64,000 nucleotides of DNA from Spirochaetia bacterium (GTDB taxonomy: Bacteria; Spirochaetota; Spirochaetia; DSM-2461). The stretch is from contig CAXXIA010000002.1 of NCBI GenBank assembly GCA_963666985.2, positions 864,001 to 928,000 of the forward strand. The letters run 5' to 3'. Made by a program: the position numbers and the translations under genes. This document shows positions 1 to 10,217 of the stretch, piece by piece. Under the pieces are notes generated by a model. The model saw only the letters and a program-made list of their open reading frames with translations, was not told where the DNA came from and did no database searches. Position 1 is the stretch's first letter; every line of letters begins with the position of its first letter.

Positions 1-573
1 CCCATCCTGACCGCCCTCGCCCTCCCGATCAAGGCCGCCGCCCCATGGGAACAGACGGGCATCGCCTCGTGGTACGGCGGAATCTTCCAGGGACGAATAA
101 CGGCCAACGGAGAAACCTACGACACCTACGGCTACACCTGCGCCCACAAAACCCTCCCCTTCAACACGCTTTTAGAAGTGGAAAACCTCGGCAACGGTCA
201 CACCGTCCGAGTCCGCGTCAACGACCGCGGCCCCTTCGTGGAAGGCCGCATCATCGACCTTACCTACGCCGCCGCCGCCGAACTGGACATGATCCGCGAC
301 GGCACCGTCGAAGTTCGCATCACAGCCGTGGAAGAAAGCATTCCCGAAGTCCGATTCAACATTCAAGTCGGCGCCTGGGGCACCCTTGAGAATGCCGTGC
401 TCCATCGAAAACGCCTGGAAGAAGCGGGCCTCGAACCCACGGCCGCCCTCTCGGACGACGGCATCACGCGCCTTTCTATCGCCGAAGTGGCCGAAGCCGA
501 CGTCTTCCCCCTGGCTCAAATCCTCGAAGAACTCGGCTACACCGACCTTTTCATCTACCAAGTCTCCGAATAA
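1..573 (+). CDS. rlpA: Septal ring lytic transglycosylase RlpA with C-terminal SPOR domain (5' end outside window)
   Basis: Frame 1 is open from base 1: GIASWYG...TANGE.YD..TCAHKTLPF...VRVNDRGPF..GRIIDL, then a SPOR-like IQVGAW motif. Confidence 0.9.
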   Translation, partial: PILTALALPIKAAAPWEQTGIASWYGGIFQGRITANGETYDTYGYTCAHKTLPFNTLLEVENLGNGHTVRVRVNDRGPFVEGRIIDLTYAAAAELDMIRDGTVEVRITAVEESIPEVRFNIQVGAWGTLENAVLHRKRLEEAGLEPTAALSDDGITRLSIAEVAEADVFPLAQILEELGYTDLFIYQVSE

Positions 574-925
574 ACCCAGGCACGCTCACGGCGCCGCGTA
601 ATCACATTTTTTTTAAAAAAGGGGCCGACCCCCGAAGCCGATCCGATGCCCCGCCCCCGAATCGAAAAGCACCCGTTATCCCGATACCTCCGGGATCGTC
701 CTTCAACGTCAACCGCTTCGGTCCGAATCCCCCCGGATCCGCCCGGCCGGCGAACCCGAACCGATAAGGCCGCCCCCCATCCGCATTCGGCCCTGCCGCA
801 CACGGCCCATCAGGCGGCGCCCAGCCGGTCAATCGCCTTCTTGTGCGGCCTCTTTCAGCGGACCCGACCGAACAGCCGCACCTCAGGCCCCTTCGAATCC
901 CCCACGGATCGCCGGCCGCGGCATC

Positions 926-955
926 TTGACCGAAGACATCCCATTTGCCTATCGT
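926..955 (+). promoter_or_regulatory. Possible sigma-70 promoter of the pan/coa operon
   Basis: TTGACC-N18-TATCGT about 200 nt upstream of panB. Confidence 0.35.
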
Positions 956-1159
956 AATGAACCGGTCCGTTTTGCGGCGACCCGATAATGTTTTGCAGGG
1001 CGCCGACAATTTCATGCGGACCACACACAATACCTCGGACTTGATCCGAAAAGGACAGGTACCCATGATTCTCTTCGCAACCGGCATGCCCGGTTATTTT
1101 CGTTATCACAACAGTTCCCGCCTCTCCGTTTCGCCTCTCGGCATTCACGGAGGAACCTC

Positions 1160-1948
1160 ATGACCGTCGTCGATTTCGCGAAAAAGAAACGCGGCGGCAT
1201 TCCCATTTCCATGGTCACCTCCTACGACAGCTGGAGCGCCGCCCTGGTGGCCCAAAGCCAAGTGGACTGCATCCTCGTCGGAGACAGTATCGGCATGACC
1301 CTCTACGGTTATACCGACACCGTTCCGGTTACGATTGAAACCATGGCCGCCCATGTCGCTGCGGCGCGCCGCGGCGCTCCGGAGGCGTTTATCGTCGGTG
1401 ACATGCCCTTTCTCGCCCACCGCATGGGTTTGGAGCGGACCATGGAAAACGTCGCGCGCCTCATGCGCGCCGGAGCCAATGCCGTCAAAATGGAAGGAGC
1501 CGCGGGAAATACGGATCTCATTCGGCACATCGTGGAATCCGGAGTTCCGGTAATGGGCCATTTGGGACTCACTCCCCAGTCGGTTCATGCCTTCGGGGGA
1601 TTCCGCGTCCAGGGAAAAAGTCAAAACGCCCAAAAACGCCTTCTGGAAGATGTCCGCATGCTGGAAGATTCGGGATGCTTTTCGCTGGTTCTGGAAGCGG
1701 TTCCCGCCGCAATCGCGGCTCAGGCATCCGAATCGGTCTCCATCCCGATTATCGGTATCGGCGCCGGAACCGGAACGGACGGTCAGGTTCTGGTGCTCCA
1801 GGATCTTTTGGGGCTGAATACGGATTTCAAGCCGAAATTCGTACGCCGTTTCCTGGACGGCGCCTCTTTGGTGGTCGGAGCGCTGAACGATTATCACCGG
1901 GAAATAACCGCCGGAACGTTCCCCGATGAAACGGAGCGGTACGAATAA
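1160..1948 (+). CDS. panB: 3-methyl-2-oxobutanoate hydroxymethyltransferase
   Basis: MVTSYD, ILVGDS.GM, VGDMPF, VKMEG, VMGHLGLTPQS, IGIGAG...DGQVLV motifs; GGAGG RBS. Confidence 0.97.
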   Translation: MTVVDFAKKKRGGIPISMVTSYDSWSAALVAQSQVDCILVGDSIGMTLYGYTDTVPVTIETMAAHVAAARRGAPEAFIVGDMPFLAHRMGLERTMENVARLMRAGANAVKMEGAAGNTDLIRHIVESGVPVMGHLGLTPQSVHAFGGFRVQGKSQNAQKRLLEDVRMLEDSGCFSLVLEAVPAAIAAQASESVSIPIIGIGAGTGTDGQVLVLQDLLGLNTDFKPKFVRRFLDGASLVVGALNDYHREITAGTFPDETERYE

Positions 1949-2709
1949 TGGAAATCCTCGAAACCGTCGATATCGCCAAAGATCGTTTGAGAACAATTCG
2001 GAACAAAGGCCTCGGCCTCGGCTTTGTTCCAACCATGGGCGCCATCCACGAAGGTCATTTAAGCCTTGTACGGCGCGCCGCGGAAGAAAACGACCGAACG
2101 GCGGTCAGCATCTTCGTGAATCCCACCCAATTCGACAATCCCGAAGACCTTGAACAATACCCTCGGGATTTGGAAGGCGACCGCGGACTTTTGGCCGAGG
2201 CCGGTGCGGATTTTCTCTTCTATCCCGACGCGGATGCGATGTACCCCGATGCTTATCGTTATAAGGTAATCGAGACCGAAAAAAGCCGAATCCTTGAAGG
2301 AGCTCATCGCCCGGGACATTTCGACGGAGTTTTAACCGTGGTGCTCAAACTGCTCAACCTGGTCGCCGCCGACCGGGCGTATTTCGGTGAAAAAGATTGG
2401 CAGCAATTTACACTGGTGCAAGAAATGGCCGAGGCCTTTTTCCTGGACACGAAAATCATTCCCTGTTCCACCGTACGGGAAAATGACGGCTTAGCCTTGA
2501 GTTCCCGCAACAGCCTGCTGAATAATCGGGAACGTCTGCTGGCACCGAAACTCCACCGCATCCTTTCGGGAAAGAAGTCTCCGGAGGAAAAAGCGGCGGC
2601 TCTTCGGAAGGAAGGATTCGACGTGGATTATGTAGAACGATGGAACGGCCGCCTTCTTGCAGCCGCAGGACTCGGAAAAGTGAGGTTAATCGATAATGTC
2701 CCCGAATAA
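1948..2709 (+). CDS. panC: Pantoate--beta-alanine ligase
   Basis: GFVPTMGAIHEGHLSL, SIFVNPTQF, RPGHFDGV, FGEKDWQQ, GLALSSRN, RLIDN. Confidence 0.97.
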   Translation: MEILETVDIAKDRLRTIRNKGLGLGFVPTMGAIHEGHLSLVRRAAEENDRTAVSIFVNPTQFDNPEDLEQYPRDLEGDRGLLAEAGADFLFYPDADAMYPDAYRYKVIETEKSRILEGAHRPGHFDGVLTVVLKLLNLVAADRAYFGEKDWQQFTLVQEMAEAFFLDTKIIPCSTVRENDGLALSSRNSLLNNRERLLAPKLHRILSGKKSPEEKAAALRKEGFDVDYVERWNGRLLAAAGLGKVRLIDNVPE

Positions 2710-3256
2710 AGAAAATGGTGAGCCGAAGAAAATCGTTCTGATGATCGGCGGCTCCATCGCCGCCTTCAAGGCCGCTTCCCTGGCATCTCTTATGATTAAG
2801 GAAGGCTGGAAAGTTCAGTGCATCACCTCCGACGGAGGAGCGCGGTTCATCGGCGAGGCGACGCTGGAAGGCCTTACCGGTCGGCCGGTGCTTTCGGACC
2901 TGTTCGAATGCGGACGGGCTCTGGATCATATCGCTCTGGCGGATTGGGCCGATCTCATTCTCTTTTACCCGGCTTCGGCGAACCGTATCGCCAGACTGCG
3001 CGGCGGACTTTCCGACGATTTATGCGGAGCGCTGTTTTTGGCGAACAACTTCCGCAAACCGTTCTGGATCGCTCCGGCGATGAACAGCAACATGTTCGCT
3101 CATCCAGCCGTCGTCGAAGCCGTTTCGATTCTCGAAGGATGGGGCTGCCGGATTCTGCCCACCGGCGAGGGCCGACTGGCTTGCGGGAGCGTGGGATACG
3201 GACGGCTGCTGGAACCGGAAGAAACAATGAATCTCCTGAAAGAAGAACTCTCATGA
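2696..3256 (+). CDS. coaC: Phosphopantothenoylcysteine decarboxylase (stand-alone CoaC flavoprotein half)
   Basis: GGSIAAFKA, HIALADWAD, PASAN, APAMN, GRLACG..G.GRL motifs. Confidence 0.9.
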   Translation: MSPNKENGEPKKIVLMIGGSIAAFKAASLASLMIKEGWKVQCITSDGGARFIGEATLEGLTGRPVLSDLFECGRALDHIALADWADLILFYPASANRIARLRGGLSDDLCGALFLANNFRKPFWIAPAMNSNMFAHPAVVEAVSILEGWGCRILPTGEGRLACGSVGYGRLLEPEETMNLLKEELS

Positions 3257-3916
3257 ACATCCTCATAACATCGGGCGGCACCGAAGAGGCTATCGATGGG
3301 GTGCGGTGTATCACCAACAGCTCCACGGGAAGAACCGGAGCGGCCATCGCCGGCTATTTCTCCGAACGCGGTGCCGACGTTCTTCTGCTGCGGGCCGAAA
3401 AGGCCGCGGGGGCGCCGCAGGGCGTTACCGAAAGGCGCTACCGTTCCTACGCCGATCTGGCCGCCGCTTTGAAAAAGATCCTGGGCGCCGAAAAATGGGA
3501 TGCGGTGATTCATTTGGCGGCGGTGAGCGATTACACCGTGGCCGCGGTGGAAGTGGACGGTAATCCCTTTTCCCCCGGCGGTCCCGGAAAAATCGCCGGA
3601 GGCAGGGATGTAAAAATCACGCTGAAGCCGACCGCCAAGATTCTCGATTCCCTGCGTTCCTGGAGTTCCAATCCCGGACTCGTCGTCGTGGGTTTTAAGC
3701 TTACCGACGGAGCCTCCCCGGGAAGAACAGGACGCCGCGGTTGCGGACATCTTTCACCGGAACGCGGCGGACTATGTCGTACACAACGACTTAGCCGATA
3801 TGAACGAAAAACGGCATCCCGCAACCCTCCGGAATCCCGGCGGTATTCTGAAACAAGCGGAAACCAATGAAGGCATCGCCGCGGCTTTGTATGAGCGGCT
3901 CACTCTAAGGAGATAG
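3253..3916 (+). CDS. coaB: Phosphopantothenate--cysteine ligase (stand-alone CoaB half), one apparent frameshift near 3720
   Basis: MNILITSGGTEEAIDGVRCITNSSTG, HLAAVSDY, VVGFKL. Removing one G at ccg-gga restores EEQDAAV...DYVVHNDL through to TAG at 3914-3916. Confidence 0.85.
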
Positions 3917-3919
3917 CAT

Positions 3920-4699
3920 ATGAATCTTTGTCTCGACGTGGGGAATTCTCAAATTTACGGCGGCTTATACGATAATGAGAAGCTTTTATTCCATTTCAGG
4001 CGTATCACGGAACGCGTGTCGTCCAGCGATGAACTGGGGATTTTCTTCCGGCAGGTTATCAGGGAGAACGGATTCGATCCCTCGGACGTGGATGCCGTCG
4101 GTTACTGTTCGGTGGTTCCCAATTTAAATCACGCTTTACACAACGCGAGCCTCCGCTATTTCAGCGTCGAACCGTTCAGCCTTAAGGCCGGAGTTAAAAC
4201 CGGGCTGAAAATCCGGTATAAGAATCCCGCGGAAGTAGGAGCCGATCGTATCGCCGACGCCATCGGAGCCGTGGCCCGGTATCCCGATGAAAACTTGATT
4301 ATCGTTGATTTCGGCACCGCCACCACCGTTGAGGCCATCGGCGCGAACCGGGACTATTTGGGCGGCGCCATTATTCCCGGACTCCGTACGGCTATGGATT
4401 CTCTGGAAAAAGCCACCGCCAGGCTGCCCAAAGTTGAAATAATCAAACCGGAAAGAAGCTGCGGCCGATCAACCATAGAAAGTATTCAGTCGGGACTCTA
4501 TTGGGGGCATTTGGGCGGTATTCGGGAGTTAATCGGCCGATACCGCAAGGAAAATTTTTCGGGAGAAGAATGCCGCGTGGTTGCCACCGGAGGATTCGCC
4601 GGTCTTTTCGAAGAGGCGGATATATTCGATGTCGTTCACCGCGATCTTGTTCTGGAAGGTATTCGTATCGCCCAGAGCATGAATACCCCGGAACTCTAA
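3920..4699 (+). CDS. coaX: Type III pantothenate kinase
   Basis: LDVGNS, EVGADR, IVDFGTATT, GGAIIPG, ATGG motifs. Confidence 0.96.
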   Translation: MNLCLDVGNSQIYGGLYDNEKLLFHFRRITERVSSSDELGIFFRQVIRENGFDPSDVDAVGYCSVVPNLNHALHNASLRYFSVEPFSLKAGVKTGLKIRYKNPAEVGADRIADAIGAVARYPDENLIIVDFGTATTVEAIGANRDYLGGAIIPGLRTAMDSLEKATARLPKVEIIKPERSCGRSTIESIQSGLYWGHLGGIRELIGRYRKENFSGEECRVVATGGFAGLFEEADIFDVVHRDLVLEGIRIAQSMNTPEL

Positions 4700-4726
4700 T
4701 CCGTACGGTCCTGTTCGCTCGGCCTT

Positions 4727-5570
4727 TCAGCGCCGAGCGAACAGGGAAATCACCTCTCCGGCGGCCTCTTCAAAAGACCGGACGGGGTATTCACGCCTCA
4801 GCGGTTCCGGCGCGTTCGGCACAACCCGCGGCCGGCCGGCCCACGCGAACATGGAAACATCGTTATAGTCGTTTCCCAGAGCCATAACGCGATTCGCCGG
4901 TACGTTGTGCTCGGAACACCGGAGAGCCAGCGCGCCGCCCTTATTCACACCGAAGGGAAATACCTCGAACCAAATTGAAGAAGAATCAAGAGGAGAGGCG
5001 CTTTTGAACGTCGACCAAGCCGCCAGTTCTTCCTCAAGCGCCGCCTCGGAACGTTCCGAATCCATACCGCCCGGCCGAATCACCAAAATCTGGCAGGCAT
5101 CGGCGGCCCGGCCGTCGTATTCCCTTTCCCAGTCGCTATAAAGATTCCTGCGCTCGTTAAAATCCGGATTCTCAGCGGCCGGGCGGTTTCGCTTCCAGGC
5201 AAAATAATGATTATCGGGAATGGGATTCAGAATGCAGTAATCTTCGCCGCGGCGGTCCAGAATCGCGGTAATGCGTACCACATCCTCGGCGCCGAGCCGT
5301 CCCCTCTCTTCCGGTGCGGCGTTCGGTCCGCGCAGGAGTCCCCGCACCCGAAGAAAAAAGAACCTCATCGGCCACCTCCCAAAGACCTTCAACACGTTTC
5401 AGAGACATCGGATTTCGACCGGTTATGATAAGGATGGGGATTCCCTCGGAGCGGACGCGTCTGGCCGCTTCCCGCACTTCGGGAGAAATCACCCCTTGAA
5501 AAGCCGCGGTTCCATCCAGATCAACAGCCAGCAGTCCGGGGATATCGGCCGCGGCAAGAGGATATTTCAT
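4727..5570 (-). CDS. Cof-like HAD-superfamily hydrolase, one apparent frameshift near 5340
   Basis: AVDLDGT and ITGR in the upstream frame; NKG and ALGNDYNDVSM in the downstream frame; the halves join by removing one G in GCGGGGACTC. Confidence 0.8.
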
Positions 5571-5741
5571 GAAAAGACGATACCGGAACGGACACTTTTG
5601 GAACATCCCGGCCCCGACGGCTTGGATAACGGAAGGATTCTCCCTTACTCTGTGAAAAGAAAAGGGAATCTTTTCCCGCCGAAACAAAAAATCAAAAGGC
5701 GGCGTAAGCCGAAAAATGCCGCCCTTAAGGAAACGAATCAT

Positions 5742-6227
5742 ATGACCATACGGAATAACGCCGTCGTTACCATCGATTACACCATTAAAGACGCCGAAGG
5801 GACTCTCCTGGAAGAATCCGATGACGGTCCTTTAAGCATTATTCAGGGCTTGGGAGATTTGGCGCCGGGCTTGGAGAAAGCTCTGGAAGGGAAAAAAGCG
5901 GGAGATGAAATCACCGTTACCCTTCCCCCCGAAGAAGCCTTCGGAGAGAGGGAAGAAAATTTGATGATTACCGTCTCGATGGAGGACTTTGAAGATTCTT
6001 CATCCGTCGAGGAAGGTTTCGTATTCCACGCCGAATTTAATGGAGAACCGATGTTATGCACGGTCCTATCCGTCGACGGTGACAAAGTCGTCATCGACGG
6101 GAACCATCCCTTCGCGGGGCTCGAACTGACCTTCGAAGTGAACGTGCGGGGTGTCCGGGAAGCAACGCCGGAAGAACTGGACCACGGTCATGTTCACGAT
6201 GAACACGGTCATCATCACAACCACTGA
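5742..6227 (+). CDS. slyD: FKBP-type peptidyl-prolyl isomerase SlyD with His-rich tail
   Basis: VTIDYT..., PGLEKALEG, PEEAFG, IDGNHPFAG..LTFEV, REATPEELDHGHVHDEHGHHHNH. Confidence 0.93.
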   Translation: MTIRNNAVVTIDYTIKDAEGTLLEESDDGPLSIIQGLGDLAPGLEKALEGKKAGDEITVTLPPEEAFGEREENLMITVSMEDFEDSSSVEEGFVFHAEFNGEPMLCTVLSVDGDKVVIDGNHPFAGLELTFEVNVRGVREATPEELDHGHVHDEHGHHHNH

Positions 6228-6347
6228 ATCCCGGCAGACTCGATTCCTCAGACCATATTACCGTTTGGCACGATAAAACTCTTTGGCGTATTTTCACATT
6301 TATAAACAAATGTGCTTTTTTATTTTTTCAGAATTCTATAATTCACA

Positions 6348-7004
6348 TTGGTGGATGCAACAAAAAAGAAGGATTATGTGAATCTTACAAATTATTCAAT
6401 ATTTTTATCGGCATCTTTTTTACTCCTCATTTTCCCTGGTCCCAACATGCTTGCCGTAATAAGCAGAGGTATTCAATTCGGCAAGAAAGCGGCTTTTCTA
6501 ACAGTCCTAGGATATGGCCTTGGCGATATGCTGCAAACATTTCTTGCCGTAGTGGGTCTTTCCGCCATTATTTCTTCATCTTTAATTGCTCTTAAGTTTC
6601 TTCAATATTCCGGATCGGCCTACCTGATATACCTTGGAGTAAGAATGATTCTTACCAAGCAGGAGAAAGCTGAAAATGAAATGCCTATTATTTCCCATAA
6701 GGGAATATTGATGCATAGTGCCGTTGCAAGCATACTGAATCCCAAAACAGTCTTGTTCTTTATAGCCTTCCTGCCGCAGTTTGTAGCACCTGAGAATGGT
6801 TTTTTGACACTTCAATTACTTATTCTTGGATTTAGTTTCACCTTGTTGGGCATCATAATGTACCTTCCCATAGCGCTGTTTTCTGTAAAAATTGGCGAAT
6901 TGTTAAAAAGCTCGGAAAGAATTGGCAAACGGGTCAATTGGATATCAGGCAGTATCTTTATCTTTTTAGGAATATTGCTCGGAACTTCAAAAATAACGGA
7001 ATAA
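6348..7004 (+). CDS. LysE/RhtB family amino-acid exporter (true start may be the GTG at 6378)
   Basis: PGPNML motif, LNPKTVLFF..FLPQF, multiple TM helices. Confidence 0.9.
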   Translation: MVDATKKKDYVNLTNYSIFLSASFLLLIFPGPNMLAVISRGIQFGKKAAFLTVLGYGLGDMLQTFLAVVGLSAIISSSLIALKFLQYSGSAYLIYLGVRMILTKQEKAENEMPIISHKGILMHSAVASILNPKTVLFFIAFLPQFVAPENGFLTLQLLILGFSFTLLGIIMYLPIALFSVKIGELLKSSERIGKRVNWISGSIFIFLGILLGTSKITE

Positions 7005-7081
7005 AAAAAGTAAAATAACGGAGAGAAAGAAACATCGCTTAACGGCGCGCCGTTTTCGAAAAGCAAGAACGAGGTTCTGTT

Positions 7082-7564
7082 TTGATTCCATTTTTATTTA
7101 TAGTTTCCTTTATTCTGCATAATCTCGAGGAGGCTATTTGGCTTCCTGCGTGGTCTCGTTCAACGAAACGATTTCACAAACCGGTCGAAAATCATGTGTT
7201 CTATTTTTCCGTTTCAATTGTAACCATAATCGGGCTTTCCGTCGTAATTGCATATTTACTCAATCCAAAGGAGAGTCTTCAGCTTTTGGCGTTTTGCGGC
7301 TTACTCGGAAGTATGATGTTTAATACCTTCTCTCCTCATCTCATCGCGACAATCGCTACTCGAACTTACTGTCCCGGTACGGCGACGGGATTAGCCTTCA
7401 TTTTGCCGGTTTCGATTGCAGGGATAACAAAACTGATTCGCGCAGGAGCGGTAACATTCGGACAATTTCTCTTATCAACGGCAATAGTCGGGGTTATGCT
7501 GCTCTTTTTATTACCGATTTTATTTGCATTAGGAAGGAAAATTTTCAAAGATCGGAAAACTTAA
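7082..7564 (+). CDS. HXXEE-domain membrane protein
   Basis: LHNLEE near the N-terminus, PH...TRTYCPG motif, hydrophobic. Confidence 0.8.
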   Translation: MIPFLFIVSFILHNLEEAIWLPAWSRSTKRFHKPVENHVFYFSVSIVTIIGLSVVIAYLLNPKESLQLLAFCGLLGSMMFNTFSPHLIATIATRTYCPGTATGLAFILPVSIAGITKLIRAGAVTFGQFLLSTAIVGVMLLFLLPILFALGRKIFKDRKT

Positions 7565-7602
7565 CAGAGCATCGGGCCGTTATGTAAAATGAGGAGATAC
7601 GG

Positions 7603-8040
7603 ATGGTTCGCGCGGCAAAAAAGGAAGATTTAAAAGATCTCTTATTCTTGTATCAACAGCTTTTTCCGGAAGAGGATTACAGGAATACACAGGCATACAT
7701 TCGAACCTGGGCTGAAATACTCAATGATAAGAAAATAAAATGCTTCATTGCCTACAAAGAATCCACGGCTGTTGCTTCCTGCCTGATAACGATCATTCCG
7801 AATCTGACACGGAATCAAAGGCCCTACGCGGTAATCGAAAATGTCGTTACAGATAAGAATTATCGAAGGCAGGGATATGGGAAATCCGTCATGGAAAAAG
7901 CTGTTGAGTATGCCGAAGCTCAAAACTGTTATAAAATCATGCTGATGAGCAGTTCGGCACGAAAAGAGTCTCATAAGTTTTATGAAAAAATCGGCTTCGA
8001 TGGAAATTCAAAAAAAGGATTTCAATTAAGGATTCTCTAA
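7603..8040 (+). CDS. GNAT family N-acetyltransferase
   Basis: IENVVTDKNYRRQGYG, CYKIML, HKFYEKIGF; GAGGAG RBS. Confidence 0.92.
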   Translation: MVRAAKKEDLKDLLFLYQQLFPEEDYRNTQAYIRTWAEILNDKKIKCFIAYKESTAVASCLITIIPNLTRNQRPYAVIENVVTDKNYRRQGYGKSVMEKAVEYAEAQNCYKIMLMSSSARKESHKFYEKIGFDGNSKKGFQLRIL

Positions 8041-8121
8041 TTTCCAATAACCGCTGCTGATATATTCCGGACGCTAAAAATGTTCGGAGAACTCAAGATT
8101 TTATCCTTTCTTCACAGAACA

Positions 8122-8197
8122 GAGGTGATTTCAAAAATCAGCGATTTTTGAAACGAAGTCCTTCTAAAGCGGGTTCTGAGGAATTTCGGCTGTCGGA
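8122..8197 (+). repeat. Dispersed intergenic repeat, copy 1
   Basis: GAGGTGATTTCAAAAATCAGCGATTTTTGAAAC...TTTCGGCTGTCGGA matches 24676-24751 (reverse) and 44178-44254. Confidence 0.85.
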
Positions 8198-8208
8198 TTT
8201 ATCCAATT

Positions 8209-9321
8209 TCAAGAATGCTTGCGGTACAATCCCCGGAACTGATCGTAGCTCAACCCCAAGAGTTCCGCCGCCCTGCCCTGATGACCGTCCGCTTCGGCCA
8301 TGGCCTCCTCCAGCCACTTCTCTTCCAAATCAAAAACAGCGGCTTTTAAATCCCGCGGCCAGGACGGCCGGGCATCTCCCGCCCTACCCGCTGAAGAGCT
8401 AACGGAAACACCGCCTCCGGCAGAGATATCGGTGGGAACCTCAGTACCGGCCTCGCAGCCCATAGAGCCACGCGTATGCTCACTTCCGGCCGCCGCGAAA
8501 ACAGAGGCTTCTCCTCTTCCGCCGCTCAGCTCGGGAACAGCCGCCCAGGGATTTCGAAAAGGATCGAGAATGAGTTCCGATATAATCGAGCTTTCTTCCC
8601 GGTACACGGCCCGTTCCACCGTATTCTTCAACTCCCGGATATTGCCGGGCCACGGATAGGATAAAAGCTGCTGAACAACATCTTCGGAAAAAGAAGGGAC
8701 TCTCTCCCGGCCAAGTTCCCTGGCCATCTTAGAGGCAAAGGATTCGGCCAGAAGAAGAATATCTGTATCCCGCACCCTCAGCGGCGGCAGAAAGAGAACT
8801 TCAAAGGACAGCCGATCCAAGAGATCGCGCTTGAAGGCGCCTTTGTCGCAAAGGAAAGGAAGATCCTGATTGGTCGCCCCGATGATGCGAACGTCCACCT
8901 CAACGGTGCGGGAACTCCCCACTCGCTGAAAGGTTCCGTATTCCACGGCCCGGAGGATTTTCTCCTGCACTTCGATGGGAATCAGACCGATTTCATCCAG
9001 AAACAGCGTGCCGCCGTCGGCCTCTTCGAAACGCCCCTTCCGCCGTCCCTCGGCACCGGTAAACGAACCGCTTTCATGACCGAACAGTTCCGATTCAATC
9101 AGTCCCGGCGGAAGGGCGGCGCAGTTGAGGGCCACGAACGGAGAGTTCCACCGGGAAGAGAGGAAATGAAGGCGTTCGGCGGCCAGCTCTTTGCCCGAAC
9201 CCCTTTCTCCGATAACCAAAACCGACCTGTCCACCCTGGCGGCCTGGCCGAGCAGGCTGTTGAACTCCAGAAAGGCTTCCGATTCACCGATGGCGTCCTG
9301 CGGGCCTCTGTTCGCTTCCAT
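8209..9321 (-). CDS. pspF: Phage shock operon sigma-54 activator PspF
   Basis: [38 protein letters not shown]-terminal [14 protein letters not shown]; no N-terminal sensor domain; divergent from pspA. Confidence 0.93.
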   Translation of the reverse strand: MEANRGPQDAIGESEAFLEFNSLLGQAARVDRSVLVIGERGSGKELAAERLHFLSSRWNSPFVALNCAALPPGLIESELFGHESGSFTGAEGRRKGRFEEADGGTLFLDEIGLIPIEVQEKILRAVEYGTFQRVGSSRTVEVDVRIIGATNQDLPFLCDKGAFKRDLLDRLSFEVLFLPPLRVRDTDILLLAESFASKMARELGRERVPSFSEDVVQQLLSYPWPGNIRELKNTVERAVYREESSIISELILDPFRNPWAAVPELSGGRGEASVFAAAGSEHTRGSMGCEAGTEVPTDISAGGGVSVSSSAGRAGDARPSWPRDLKAAVFDLEEKWLEEAMAEADGHQGRAAELLGLSYDQFRGLYRKHS

Positions 9322-9341
9322 ACCACATTTTCCTTTCTTTC

Positions 9342-9379
9342 GGCATTTTTCGCCACCGCTTCGGTGGTCATTTTCACCA
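9342..9379. promoter_or_regulatory. Probable PspF upstream activating sequences
   Basis: Two related imperfect palindromes, GGCATTTTTCGCCA and TGGTCATTTTCACCA, between pspF and the sigma-54 promoter. Confidence 0.5.
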
Positions 9380-9429
9380 AACAACACGTAAAAATTAGAT
9401 TTAACGGTGATAGAAAGCCTCCGGAGGCT

Positions 9430-9445
9430 TGGCACGGCGCTTGCT
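9430..9445 (+). promoter_or_regulatory. Sigma-54 (-24/-12) promoter of pspA
   Basis: TGGCACGGCGCTTGCT is an exact TGGCAC-N5-TTGC match 44 nt before pspA. Confidence 0.9.
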
Positions 9446-9488
9446 TAAAAGGCGGTAAGGCTAACGATAATTCCAGAGGAGGAAAGAA

Positions 9489-10217
9489 ATGGGAGTATTC
9501 AGCCGATTAGGAGACATCATCAACGCCAACATCAACGCGATGCTGGACAAAGCGGAAGATCCCGAGAAGATGATCCGCTTGATGATTCAGGAAATGGAGG
9601 ACACCCTTGTGGACCTCAAATCTTCCTGCGCGGCCAAGATGGCCACCAGGGCCGAGATGGAGAGGGACAGGGACACCCTGGAAGCCAAGATAACCCGCTG
9701 GAGTGAACGCGCCGTCCTGGCGGTGGAACGCAAACGGGACGATCTGGCCAAGGAAGCGCTTCTTGAAAAAAAGCAATGCGTCACTCAGCTCGAATTCGCC
9801 GAGAAGGATTTGATTCACTATGATGAACTGATTCGCGACTGTAAGAGCAACATCGCGCAGCTTGAACAGAAGCTTGAGGAAGTCACCCTGAAGCACAAGA
9901 TGCTCGTTCAGCGCAGCATCCATGCCGCCGAAAAGAAACGCGCCCGGACGGCTATGTCCGCGGCCAGCGGCGCCCAGGCCATGATGCGGTTCGGAGAACT
10001 GGAAAACCGTATTGAACGCATGGAAGCCGATGCCGAACTTTCCGGACGCTTCGGTGATTCAGGCAGCGATTTGGAACGTGAATTCGACAAACTCGAATCC
10101 GACAATGTCATCGAGGAAGAACTCGCGGCCTTGAAGAAAAGCATGAATAAGAGTGCCGGGAAGCCAGCCGGCAAGGAGGCGGCCGCGAAGGATTCGGCCG
10201 AGAAGAGCGATGGTTAA
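9489..10217 (+). CDS. pspA: Phage shock protein A
   Basis: MGVFSRLGDIINANINAMLDKAEDPEKMIRLMIQEMEDTLV, coiled coil; GAGGAGG RBS. Confidence 0.97.
   Translation: MGVFSRLGDIINANINAMLDKAEDPEKMIRLMIQEMEDTLVDLKSSCAAKMATRAEMERDRDTLEAKITRWSERAVLAVERKRDDLAKEALLEKKQCVTQLEFAEKDLIHYDELIRDCKSNIAQLEQKLEEVTLKHKMLVQRSIHAAEKKRARTAMSAASGAQAMMRFGELENRIERMEADAELSGRFGDSGSDLEREFDKLESDNVIEEELAALKKSMNKSAGKPAGKEAAAKDSAEKSDG

Noticed and set aside
2818..3870. 350-aa ORF as a single protein
   Set aside because: The upstream part overlaps coaC out of frame. The real coaB starts at 3253 and its tail is frameshifted.
6265..6285. TTGGCACG as a sigma-54 promoter for the LysE gene
   Set aside because: No TTGC -12 element at the required spacing.
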